IMG/VR virus record: IMGVR_UViG_3300032030_000021
Span: 29,122-93,121 of that record
Direction: 5' to 3' (one strand)
DNA length: 64,000 nt
DNA from: a virus
Lineage: Duplodnaviria > Heunggongvirae > Uroviricota > Caudoviricetes
The translations under genes were made by a program, and so were the position numbers. Positions 8,437 to 16,936 of this stretch are shown here, piece by piece (position 1 is the stretch's first letter; every line of letters begins with the position of its first letter). Below the pieces are notes generated by a model that ran no database searches, had not been told where the DNA came from, and worked only from the letters and a program-made list of their open reading frames with translations.

Positions 8437-11427
8437 ATGAGTTTACCCGCATATTTAGCCAATATAAAATCTTCGGGCATTTATCGTTTCGTATGGGATA
8501 AGTCCGAGATTCCTAACACCACTACCGAAATTTTAAGACTGGTGGTCGGCTATTCCGAGCGCGGGCCTTTCAATACTCCGGTGTACATCAAATCCCAAAC
8601 GGAGTTCAGAAGTGTTTTTGGAGATATCTCTAAAAAACTTGAACGCCAGGGATGCTGGTTTCATCGGATGGCATTGCAAGCATTGCGCAAGGGTCCCATC
8701 CTTTGTCTGAATCTTAAAAACTTCAAAAGCGAGAATGTTCGTGCTATTAGTTTTAAAACTCCCCAAGAATCTATGGTTGATAAGATTGACCTGGCGGTGA
8801 CGGATATTTATAATACTAATAGATTCTGGACACTGGAGCCTGAGCTTCTAGAAGAGATATCCGGCACTATTACTCCGGAATCCGGCGATTCTACGGTTGT
8901 AGATCTTTCTAAGAACTACATCACCATCACGGCCACCGATTCTAAAGAAGTTTCCAACACCGTGTTCATCCGTGGATACGAACCCAAGGGCTATGATGTT
9001 ACCTTCAAAGAATGGTATGCTTCCACTCTTAACGGTACCGAGATGCCTAGCTATCTGGAAGGATATGAGAATAAGAAACTTAAAAACTTCTGGGCCGAAA
9101 TTTATGTGTTCCGCGGAGAATTTACGACAGATATCGCCACTTCGGACGCATTATGCAAATACTTTGACGTGGTGGATGGCAAAGTCATGCTGAAACCGTT
9201 TATCACCAATGCATTCGGAGAGAAAAAGGATACATTGGATCTTTTGGCTTCCAATGACGCATCTAATTTCATCCGTAAATATCAAGGTATATTGCTTCCG
9301 GAATTTCAATCCGCAACAGGTTCTACCATCTCTTTGGATATTCTGTTTAACAACGATAACCAGCTTCACAAGATGATGATGCGTTTGAATCAGAATCTGC
9401 TTTATGAAGGAGATATCACGATTGACGATATCGATACCATGGGATGGAACCTCGAAAGTGGCGCTATTGAATATAATGACGGTATTGACTATAGCAACAT
9501 GACGAACAATATGCCGGAAGTTCTGTCTATTACTAAAAACGTCCCGGTAATCTACCAAGCCATGTATAATCAGTACAATGGAGAATGGATATATGGCGTA
9601 GTTCCTACCAAATCATTTGATCAGAATAATCCGATTGACATTGACGTTGATAAGATGAACGCCGATTTTTACACCTATAATCTCCATACACTCGGTAGTG
9701 ATACTCCCGCATCAGTGTCCACAACGGACCCATATTCTATCGAAATAACCGACGATATAATCAATGCCGGATTTACGAATAATGAAATCCAGTTCACTAA
9801 TGATTACATTACTACTCCCGGCAAGGTTAAGTATCTGGGTACCTCTACTCACAATGGCAGAAACTTTATGGATGTCAAAATCATCAGCAATGGTGATGGT
9901 CCTAGAGAATGGGTTGGTCGGATTGTACATGTTATGATCGCCGATCCTAATCTTCCGGATGCCGAAAATAGTGGATGCGTAAGCAACGATAATATTGAGA
10001 ATTTAATATTATTCGACGCTGCATATAATACAATTCCGGTTAGCGAAGGCAGCTCCGACAATATGACGGTTAACCTATTAGAAACCGGAATTATCAGTGA
10101 TGCCGGAATTATTGACACTTTCAATAAGATCGGTATCAAAGAAGGAGATGTTTTCTGGATCGACAACGCTAGAGATGCCGAGGGCATGCCATCATTCTTA
10201 TGCACCGTTACCAAGATGAAATATGAAGCGGCCAGCAGCGATACTCCCGCAAAACTCACTATCACATTTGACAAGGATCTTTTCGGTGTCACTTCTGTTG
10301 ATATGCTCGTCAAATGCGCCGGATCCGTTACCGCCACTTCTATTAATCTGAAACCGACTTATGTTACCGGTTATACTTATGCCGGTTCCAAGGTTAAAGA
10401 TATCGCTGGTTATGATCCTAATGCCGATCCTCAGATTGCTAAAAACAACTGGGTGAACTATCAGCTTGGAGTTTTGGATATGAAGGGAATCCGTACGGGC
10501 TTGACTAACCGCACGGATGTCGATTATCGTTATCTGGTAGACACATTCGAAGCATTTGCCGTTCCTGGAGAATGTCATTCTAAACTAGCCTTGATCTGCA
10601 AACTGAAATTCAATGTTTTGGGTCTTATCAACTTCCCGAACATGAAATCCTTCAGCAAGTGCAAATCTATGTCATTCCGCGACAGTAATGGCTTTGATAG
10701 CAAGTATATTGCTTTGGGCAACAACCCGATGATGGCATCCGATGGACAGTTCATGCTAGCTTCCGAAGACAATGGTGCAAGCTTCGTATCTTATAATACT
10801 CCGGTAATCCTTAAAGATCCGGAAACCGGTGTGAAAACTGCAGTACCTTCCGCTGCTTTGGTATCTAACGATTTCTTGGAGAAATTTGATAAGTTCTTGC
10901 CTTATTCTATTGTTGCCGGACCTAAGAGAGGCCGTATTACGGATCCTAATCTGATCGGACCGGAATTCAGCTTCGGCCGTGAGGATCTGGATAACTTGGA
11001 ACCTATGGGTGTTAACTGTATGGTTTATGTTCCGGGTAAGGGTACTTACATCAACTCTAACCAGACAGCTAAACAGAATCCGGTTTCCGCTCTGTCTAAG
11101 ATCCATATTCGTGAGCTCTGTACTTTCTTGCAGGATGAGATTGAAAAGATGATGGAATACTATCACTGGGATTTCAATACTCCTAATCTAAGACAGACTC
11201 TGAAGGATAAAGCTGATACAATCTGTGATACTTGCTACCGCAACCAAGGTATCTACGATTACATCAATGTATGCGATGAAAGCAATAATAATCAAGAAGT
11301 TATAGATGCGGAAATGATTGTGCTCAGCACAAGCATTGAACCGAGTAGAGGTGCAGGCAAGATGGTGCAAGAATTGACTCTGTATCGTACAGGTGGTTTG
11401 AGAGCTGCTATCCGTGATGCGCAATAA
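8437..11427 (+). CDS. contractile tail sheath protein (unusually large, 996 aa)
   Basis: The N-terminus GIYRF...ILRLVVGYSERGPFNTPVYIKSQTEFRSVFGD fits the sheath signature (pGvY...G.a.rGP.n.P.lvts..eF...FG). The C-terminus GVNCMVYVPGKGTYINS fits the sheath GVN.i..pG.G motif. A TATAAATAAAT box sits upstream. Confidence 0.7.
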   Translation: MSLPAYLANIKSSGIYRFVWDKSEIPNTTTEILRLVVGYSERGPFNTPVYIKSQTEFRSVFGDISKKLERQGCWFHRMALQALRKGPILCLNLKNFKSENVRAISFKTPQESMVDKIDLAVTDIYNTNRFWTLEPELLEEISGTITPESGDSTVVDLSKNYITITATDSKEVSNTVFIRGYEPKGYDVTFKEWYASTLNGTEMPSYLEGYENKKLKNFWAEIYVFRGEFTTDIATSDALCKYFDVVDGKVMLKPFITNAFGEKKDTLDLLASNDASNFIRKYQGILLPEFQSATGSTISLDILFNNDNQLHKMMMRLNQNLLYEGDITIDDIDTMGWNLESGAIEYNDGIDYSNMTNNMPEVLSITKNVPVIYQAMYNQYNGEWIYGVVPTKSFDQNNPIDIDVDKMNADFYTYNLHTLGSDTPASVSTTDPYSIEITDDIINAGFTNNEIQFTNDYITTPGKVKYLGTSTHNGRNFMDVKIISNGDGPREWVGRIVHVMIADPNLPDAENSGCVSNDNIENLILFDAAYNTIPVSEGSSDNMTVNLLETGIISDAGIIDTFNKIGIKEGDVFWIDNARDAEGMPSFLCTVTKMKYEAASSDTPAKLTITFDKDLFGVTSVDMLVKCAGSVTATSINLKPTYVTGYTYAGSKVKDIAGYDPNADPQIAKNNWVNYQLGVLDMKGIRTGLTNRTDVDYRYLVDTFEAFAVPGECHSKLALICKLKFNVLGLINFPNMKSFSKCKSMSFRDSNGFDSKYIALGNNPMMASDGQFMLASEDNGASFVSYNTPVILKDPETGVKTAVPSAALVSNDFLEKFDKFLPYSIVAGPKRGRITDPNLIGPEFSFGREDLDNLEPMGVNCMVYVPGKGTYINSNQTAKQNPVSALSKIHIRELCTFLQDEIEKMMEYYHWDFNTPNLRQTLKDKADTICDTCYRNQGIYDYINVCDESNNNQEVIDAEMIVLSTSIEPSRGAGKMVQELTLYRTGGLRAAIRDAQ

Positions 11428-11452
11428 ACCTTAATTGGTATTTAATACAAAA

Positions 11453-11479
11453 AGACCTCTTCGGGGGTCTTTTTTTTTG
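11453..11479 (+). terminator. rho-independent terminator after sheath gene
   Basis: GACCTCttcgGGGGTC (UUCG loop) plus T9. Confidence 0.75.
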
Positions 11480-11577
11480 AAAATTTATTAATAACACTAG
11501 AAGACGCAGGCTTATATATGATATACGATGCTGGGCAGACAAAATGACGTTGGAGTTATACATTTCAAATCCCACGA

Positions 11578-11651
11578 TAATTCGCGCAATCGGCATTATA
11601 TCTATATAAATGTATGTCAACAACAAGATCTCTTGTTATATCGCAAATATG
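11578..11651. repeat. conserved intergenic element copy 1 (AATTCGCGC ... CTTGTTATATCGCAAATATG)
   Basis: Shares the core CTTGTTA(T/A)ATCGCAAA with copies at 37541..37633 and 50235..50329. Upstream of the TGT-like gene. Confidence 0.6.
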
Positions 11652-11682
11652 TGCATTTTAACATTAATTTTTGAGCACCGGT

Positions 11683-11697
11683 GATTATATAATATCA
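11683..11697 (+). promoter_or_regulatory. RTTATATAW promoter-like box (GATTATATAATATCA) upstream of the TGT-like gene
   Basis: One of ~20 occurrences of G/A-TTATATA-T/A located 10-30 nt upstream of start codons, often directly after a terminator. Confidence 0.4.
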
Positions 11698-11713
11698 TAA
11701 AATATTTGAGAAT

Positions 11714-12517
11714 ATGAAAATAAGTCACGAAAGTCCGCTCGCTCTGCTTAAAATCAGCCGAGCTTACAATGATTACGATTACGCATTAGTACATCTTTTT
11801 GAGAAATATCCGAAGTATTATAAATTCTTTGAGGAATCTCTGGGTATGGGCCGCATAGTCATCCTGGATAATTCCATTTTCGAGCTCGGAACGGCATTCG
11901 ATACCGATGAGTTCTACAAATGGGTTCTCAAACTTAACCCGACATATTATATCATTCCGGATGTATTTGATAACTGTGCGGCCACTATCCGCAATGTAAT
12001 TGAGTGGCGAGTAAAATATGGTAGAAAAATTCATGATAGCAAGCCGATGGTAGTGGTTCAGGGTTCTACTCCGGAAGAATTTTTAGATTGTTATCAGACC
12101 CTTTATAAAATGGGTATGCCTATGATTGCGTTTCCGGTCAATTCCAAATCTTACCTTAATGGAAAAGAATACACCCCGCAAAATATGGCTGAGGGCAGAT
12201 ATATGATGATCAATACATGTCTGAACTGGCTCAAAGTGTATCATATCGATACTAATCCAATGCCTGTCAAACATCACCTGCTTGGTCTTTCTCTGCCACA
12301 AGAAGTCGGCTTGTATAAAGACATTCCGGAGATCGTGAGCATCGACACTAGTAATCCGGTGCTACACGGTATGGAAGGTATCTGGTACGACGAAGATGGA
12401 AATTTGTCCGATAAATCACACAACAAGATGCACGAAATGATGGAATGGGCAGTCACCGAAGATCAGTTTGATATTATCTGTCATAATATCACCAAGTTCA
12501 GAAGTCATATAAATTAG
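11714..12517 (+). CDS. tRNA-guanine transglycosylase (TGT) family protein, DpdA-like DNA 7-deazaguanine transglycosylase candidate
   Basis: PMVVVQGSTPEEF...MGMPMIAFPV aligns with TGT lfGIvQGg...GfdGyAiGG. KHHLLGLSLPQEV...IDTSNPVLHGMEG aligns with TGT PrYLMGVGkPddI...DcvlPtrsGrnG. Confidence 0.6.
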   Translation: MKISHESPLALLKISRAYNDYDYALVHLFEKYPKYYKFFEESLGMGRIVILDNSIFELGTAFDTDEFYKWVLKLNPTYYIIPDVFDNCAATIRNVIEWRVKYGRKIHDSKPMVVVQGSTPEEFLDCYQTLYKMGMPMIAFPVNSKSYLNGKEYTPQNMAEGRYMMINTCLNWLKVYHIDTNPMPVKHHLLGLSLPQEVGLYKDIPEIVSIDTSNPVLHGMEGIWYDEDGNLSDKSHNKMHEMMEWAVTEDQFDIICHNITKFRSHIN

Positions 12518-12521
12518 AAAT

Positions 12522-13307
12522 ATGAAAGCCGCAATATTTATAGAATGTGCCGGGGACGAGTTCTTCCAAAAAGAGGCTGACCTTATTGTAGATTCGTATA
12601 ATCGAGCCATATCCTCATATGGTTTGGATATGGAGGTATTCACTTATAAGAATTGCAATGATGGTATCGTACGCCTAGAGGATCATACGATCTTGGTTCC
12701 CGGAGAGGTGCGAGATGGCTGGGCGGATAGAATATATGGCGTATTGGATTATATTCAGGCACATATAGATTGCAAGTGGGTGATTAAGACCAATACTAGC
12801 ACATTGTTGAACCTGGTAGTATTAGATCGATTCATGGAGGATCGGGATCCGGAGTGGTATCATTGTTTTGATATGAAATTCTGGGGCAACGAATTCACTC
12901 TGAATATATTACCGGGCAAATTCTGGCTTTTTCCAAAAGAATTTATACCAGCCATAATCGAAGATTTTTATAATATGCTTCCGAGTATTGATGGCTGGTG
13001 GGATTGCAACTGGGGGACGGACCGGTCTCATCGTGCGCCGGATGATGCTATAATCAGTTATATTACCACCATGAAAAATGTACCGGCGAAAACAATACCT
13101 AGTAATATGGTCGTAGACGTATATCATGATTATTTTTCTAATTTAGATAATTTGAAACCCGGAGATTTACGATCGGCTATGGTTTTCATATTAAGAATGC
13201 ATGTATCCGATGTTATTGCCGTAGAAATGAAAATTCGAAATGAATTTGAAATCAAACTTATGATGTTTATGATCAAACTGGTAGAAGAATTTCAAAATTT
13301 AAATTAA
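12522..13307 (+). CDS. hypothetical protein (Trp/Asp-rich; possible transferase), translationally coupled to the upstream TGT-like gene
   Basis: 261 aa. Starts 5 nt after the TGT-like gene stops. No confident motif. Confidence 0.4.
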   Translation: MKAAIFIECAGDEFFQKEADLIVDSYNRAISSYGLDMEVFTYKNCNDGIVRLEDHTILVPGEVRDGWADRIYGVLDYIQAHIDCKWVIKTNTSTLLNLVVLDRFMEDRDPEWYHCFDMKFWGNEFTLNILPGKFWLFPKEFIPAIIEDFYNMLPSIDGWWDCNWGTDRSHRAPDDAIISYITTMKNVPAKTIPSNMVVDVYHDYFSNLDNLKPGDLRSAMVFILRMHVSDVIAVEMKIRNEFEIKLMMFMIKLVEEFQNLN

Positions 13308-13594
13308 TTGCATTAATTGTATATTTTATAACAATCATTTAAAATTTCATACACATGGTATACAACAAACCTTACAGAAAAGATTCCGGAATCAAGATCG
13401 ACAAAGACAATCCTTATTTTACTTATCCCGGCAGGAGATATCGCCAGGCACATGAAAGATCCATGCGACCCAGAAAAACTCCTTATTGTGGAGAATATTT
13501 GCAAATCGTAGCCGACTGGGATTCTGTACATAACAAGTGGGTTAACCAGAAACGGATTATCCATGCCAAGAAAACATTATGGGCATAAATTTCA

Positions 13595-13618
13595 AAAGGA
13601 ACCTCTGGTTCCTTTTTT
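13595..13618 (+). terminator. rho-independent terminator
   Basis: AAGGAACCtctGGTTCCTT plus T6. Confidence 0.65.
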
Positions 13619-13665
13619 AATTTAGATATCTCTCCCTTATATATTATAATATAAAACTTATAATT

Positions 13666-14187
13666 ATGCAGTTAACAGGAAAAGAAATTGTACAAGAAGG
13701 AATTATCACTAATTATGATCCGGAGAATGCCATCCAACAGCAAGGCATTGATGTCCGTCTTATGAAAGTCAACAAGTTTGCCGGTGTGGGTTATATCCCC
13801 GCATTTGGCAAGACCAAGCTTCCACAATATGAAGAAGTCGCACCGGAACCACATACGGATGTCTATAACCTGGACCACGATCTCTGGCACTTGCCTAAGG
13901 GATATTATGAGGTTATCATGATGGAAGGATGCAAGACCCCAGCTAACCGCGTGTTTGATCTCAAATCCAGAAGCTCGGTGGTTCGATGTGGAGCCGAAAT
14001 CGTCTGTGGACAATTTGACGGAGGATTCGAGACCGATCATATGGGCTGTTTCCTGAGAGTAGACAATCCGAAAGGCATCTTCATCGAAAAGGGAGCCCGC
14101 ATTGCCCAGGCCAGAGTTCATCAATCTTCGGATGTAGATAATCCATATAATGGACAATTCCAGAACGACAAACAAAGAGCCTCCTAA
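13666..14187 (+). CDS. dCTP deaminase / dUTPase superfamily protein
   Basis: GIDVRL...LPKGYY....FDLKSRSSVVRCGAEIVCGQFDGGFETDHMGCFLRVDNPKGIFIEKGARIAQARVH is the typical dcd/dut beta-jelly-roll signature. Confidence 0.65.
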   Translation: MQLTGKEIVQEGIITNYDPENAIQQQGIDVRLMKVNKFAGVGYIPAFGKTKLPQYEEVAPEPHTDVYNLDHDLWHLPKGYYEVIMMEGCKTPANRVFDLKSRSSVVRCGAEIVCGQFDGGFETDHMGCFLRVDNPKGIFIEKGARIAQARVHQSSDVDNPYNGQFQNDKQRAS

Positions 14188-14221
14188 AGATCTATGATCT
14201 ATTCTTATATGTTTTGATTAA

Positions 14222-14246
14222 GGGCCTTCTTCGGAAGGCCTTTTTT
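14222..14246 (+). terminator. rho-independent terminator after dCTP deaminase-like gene
   Basis: GGCCTTCttcgGAAGGCC plus T6. Confidence 0.75.
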
Positions 14247-14259
14247 ATGCTTAATATTT

Positions 14260-14280
14260 CAAAAATAGGATTATATAAGG
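14260..14280 (+). promoter_or_regulatory. terminator-coupled promoter-like module (CTTAATATTTCAAAAATAGGATTATATAAGG)
   Basis: The same arrangement (hairpin, T-run, G-Y-T-T-A-A-T-A-T-T-T, ~15 nt, GATTATATA) recurs at 14905..14935 and 16880..16910, and in a looser form at 30662..30700, 32808..32840 and 50168..50200. Confidence 0.4.
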
Positions 14281-14297
14281 ATAGAAATAATTATATT

Positions 14298-14552
14298 ATG
14301 GGAATGTTTAACAGATTTGAATTTAAAGTAGAGAATCCAAATGAGAGAATTGTACTTGAAATATCAAGATATGATTATGAGATAATCAAGCGTTCGTTGG
14401 AAGAAAGTTATAATAGCGAACTACATAAAACACCCTGGGAGCCGGAAAATCCAAATGAATATCCATTGCGGTACTGGTATAGAGGTAATAAGATAACCAA
14501 AAGAATAGATAGTGTTTTGAGATTTATCAAAAAACAAATAGAAAGATCATAA
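14298..14552 (+). CDS. small hypothetical protein
   Basis: The ORF-track start at 14214 runs through a terminator hairpin. ATG at 14298 follows the RTTATATAW promoter-like box. Confidence 0.35.
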   Translation: MGMFNRFEFKVENPNERIVLEISRYDYEIIKRSLEESYNSELHKTPWEPENPNEYPLRYWYRGNKITKRIDSVLRFIKKQIERS

Positions 14553-14576
14553 GTATTTTTTATAAAAAGCAAAAAT

Positions 14577-14855
14577 ATGAAAGGAATTAAGAAACATATG
14601 TATGAAGCCGTCAATAATGTAGCGGGATCTATCGGTAATATCCTCACCGGACATAGTGAGGAGCTAGCTGCTATCACCAACAAAGAAGACTTGCTACAAT
14701 TCTTGGAAGAGGTGATCCGTCCGGAGATTGCTCCCCGATTCCAAGACGACATGGATGATCTGATCAAGGAAGTCAACAAGATGAGACAATTTCCTCGCGC
14801 CTATCGGGTGGTATATAACTATATTCTAGCGGGGGACAACCTGAGAGCCATCTAA
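14577..14855 (+). CDS. small hypothetical protein
   Basis: 92-aa ORF between the previous gene and a terminator. Confidence 0.4.
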   Translation: MKGIKKHMYEAVNNVAGSIGNILTGHSEELAAITNKEDLLQFLEEVIRPEIAPRFQDDMDDLIKEVNKMRQFPRAYRVVYNYILAGDNLRAI

Positions 14856-14876
14856 AGATCATAAAAAATATTTATA

Positions 14877-14903
14877 AAGACCTTCTCCGGAAGGTCTTTT
14901 TTT
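14877..14903 (+). terminator. rho-independent terminator
   Basis: AAGACCTTCtccgGAAGGTCTT plus T7. Confidence 0.75.
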
Positions 14904-14953
14904 GTCTTAATATTTTTAAGTCCGGATTATATATAGATACAAGAATATCAATT

Positions 14954-15952
14954 ATGGAAGATAAAGAAACCGGATATATAATAGTACAAGACAGTCGCAT
15001 CACTCCGGATGTGCTGATGCTAGCGGACACCGCTTTAAATAACGGGATGAGATGGACGATAGATAAGAAAAAAGCGTTTATATTCTCCACCGAAGAAGAA
15101 GCCAATGCGGTGTGTGCTAATTTCAAATATAACAATCCTCGAGTGCTGCCTGCTTGGTTTCCATTGAATTATCTCGGGTTAGATAAAAAAGCCGAAGAAA
15201 TCGTGCAGCCTATCGTAGATCAGGTCTCCGAAATCTTTCAAAAAGAAAATTCAAAAACATCAATTAAACCCCAAAATTTTACCAATATGTTTGAAAATAT
15301 CACAAATCAATTCAACGGAATGTTCGGCAAGGTCGCTTCCGGAATGTGCCGCCTCACAATGAACGGCAACATCGCTGTCAAAACGAGCGATGGTTACAAG
15401 TCCTACAACGTGGAACGGAAGCGTCTGACCAATGTCAACAATTTCTGCTTCAACATCGGTGACGAGATGTTCTTCGTCATTCCCACCAACAAGGTGCAGG
15501 TCGGCGACATTATTCTCGTCAAGGGCAAACCCAAATGCGTTGTGAGCGCAACGAAGGAATGCATCAATGTCATTGACTACGAGAGTTCCGAAATGCGCCA
15601 AGTCATTCCCGAAAGACACATCTTCATGGGCTCTACCTACTTCTACGGCAAGATTGTCAGCTGCTTCGGCAATATGTTCTCTAATGGCAAGGGCCTCAAG
15701 AATGTCGTCAAGATGATGATGCTCTCCCAGCTGGGCGGCAAAGATTCCGGCATGGGCGGCCTGGGTCAGATGATGGCTATGTCCATGATGATGGGTGATG
15801 GCGGCAATATGTTCTCCGATATGTTTAATTTCGATTTTGATGATCCGGAAGATCCGGAAGAGTCGGATCTTATCTTAGAGAACATGGATGATAACGATCC
15901 GGAAGAAGAGGAAGTTCCGATCAAGAAAACCAAAAAATCAAGAAAGGAGTAA
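14954..15952 (+). CDS. hypothetical protein with Met/Gly-rich low-complexity region and acidic C-terminus
   Basis: 332 aa. Contains MMMLSQLGGKDSGMGGLGQMMAMSMMMGDGGNMF followed by a DPEDPEE tail. Preceded by a terminator plus a promoter-like box. Confidence 0.45.
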   Translation: MEDKETGYIIVQDSRITPDVLMLADTALNNGMRWTIDKKKAFIFSTEEEANAVCANFKYNNPRVLPAWFPLNYLGLDKKAEEIVQPIVDQVSEIFQKENSKTSIKPQNFTNMFENITNQFNGMFGKVASGMCRLTMNGNIAVKTSDGYKSYNVERKRLTNVNNFCFNIGDEMFFVIPTNKVQVGDIILVKGKPKCVVSATKECINVIDYESSEMRQVIPERHIFMGSTYFYGKIVSCFGNMFSNGKGLKNVVKMMMLSQLGGKDSGMGGLGQMMAMSMMMGDGGNMFSDMFNFDFDDPEDPEESDLILENMDDNDPEEEEVPIKKTKKSRKE

Positions 15953-15955
15953 ATT

Positions 15956-16828
15956 ATGGGTGCAGGTTCATGGGATGCACATGCATTCGCTAGCTACTCG
16001 GTAGCAAACAATAAGTCTTATGATGAGGACACTGGGCGGGTATTCGGACAGGTTTTTACTAAAAAAGGAATGGATGCCGGATTAGATCCTAAAAACTTTA
16101 AAATCAGAGAATGTCTGGATACGGAAGAGCACCCCAATACAATACCGGTAATACTGGCGTTAGATGTAACCGGAAGCATGGGCTCGAGTTGCAAGGAGAC
16201 TGCCGAGACTCTGGGAATCATCATGACCAATCTTTATAAGAAATATAAGGATATTGAGTTCTGCGTGATGGGCATCGGAGATCTGGCTTATGACTGGGCT
16301 CCTATCCAGATGTCACAATTCGAATCCGATATAAGAATCGCCGAGGCTCTCGATAATATATACATTGAAGGCGGTGGTGGTGGCAACCGATATGAGAGTT
16401 ATACTGCCGCTTGGTGGATGGCTCTGAACAGAACAAAGTTAGATTGCCATAAACGAGGCAAGAAAGGTATTATCATTACTCTCGGGGACGAGCCTATGAA
16501 TCCATATTTGCCAGAAGACAAGCTTAAAATAGCTACGGGAGATCCTATTCAAGCCGATGTTAATACTCCGGAGCTGTATGAGGAGGCATCTAAGAAATTT
16601 GATATCTACCACATTGCGGTAGGGGATCAGGCTAATATGTATAAATATTATGCTATGGAGATTGCCGGTACATTCGGGCAGCTACTAGGAGATCGTCTGA
16701 AGGTCTCTTCTATCAACGAACTATCCGGTACTATCGAGGATTGCATTGATGATTCACTGAACGAGGCCGATACTATTTCCGGGGATGCCGCTCCGAATGT
16801 TAATGAAAATGGAGAGATTTCCTGGTAA
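15956..16828 (+). CDS. von Willebrand factor A (vWA) domain protein
   Basis: MIDAS-type motif LALDVTGSMGSS. Translationally coupled to the upstream gene. Confidence 0.55.
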   Translation: MGAGSWDAHAFASYSVANNKSYDEDTGRVFGQVFTKKGMDAGLDPKNFKIRECLDTEEHPNTIPVILALDVTGSMGSSCKETAETLGIIMTNLYKKYKDIEFCVMGIGDLAYDWAPIQMSQFESDIRIAEALDNIYIEGGGGGNRYESYTAAWWMALNRTKLDCHKRGKKGIIITLGDEPMNPYLPEDKLKIATGDPIQADVNTPELYEEASKKFDIYHIAVGDQANMYKYYAMEIAGTFGQLLGDRLKVSSINELSGTIEDCIDDSLNEADTISGDAAPNVNENGEISW

Positions 16829-16852
16829 TTATTTGTTGTGAATAAATTTTTA

Positions 16853-16878
16853 AGGACCCGGTCGGGTCCTTTTTTTTT
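16853..16878 (+). terminator. rho-independent terminator after vWA gene
   Basis: GGACCCggtcGGGTCC plus T9. Confidence 0.75.
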
Positions 16879-16936
16879 GTTTAATTATTTTAAGAAACGT
16901 TTATATATCTATAGAAATCCTTAAAAATATAATGAA

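Noticed and set aside
13672-14175. 167-aa minus-strand ORF overlapping the dCTP deaminase-like gene
   Set aside because: It is a shadow ORF. The plus-strand product has the dcd/dut signature.
14214-14297. Upstream extension of ORF 14214..14552
   Set aside because: The extension translates straight through a terminator hairpin and T-run. The real start is more likely the ATG at 14298 after the promoter-like box.
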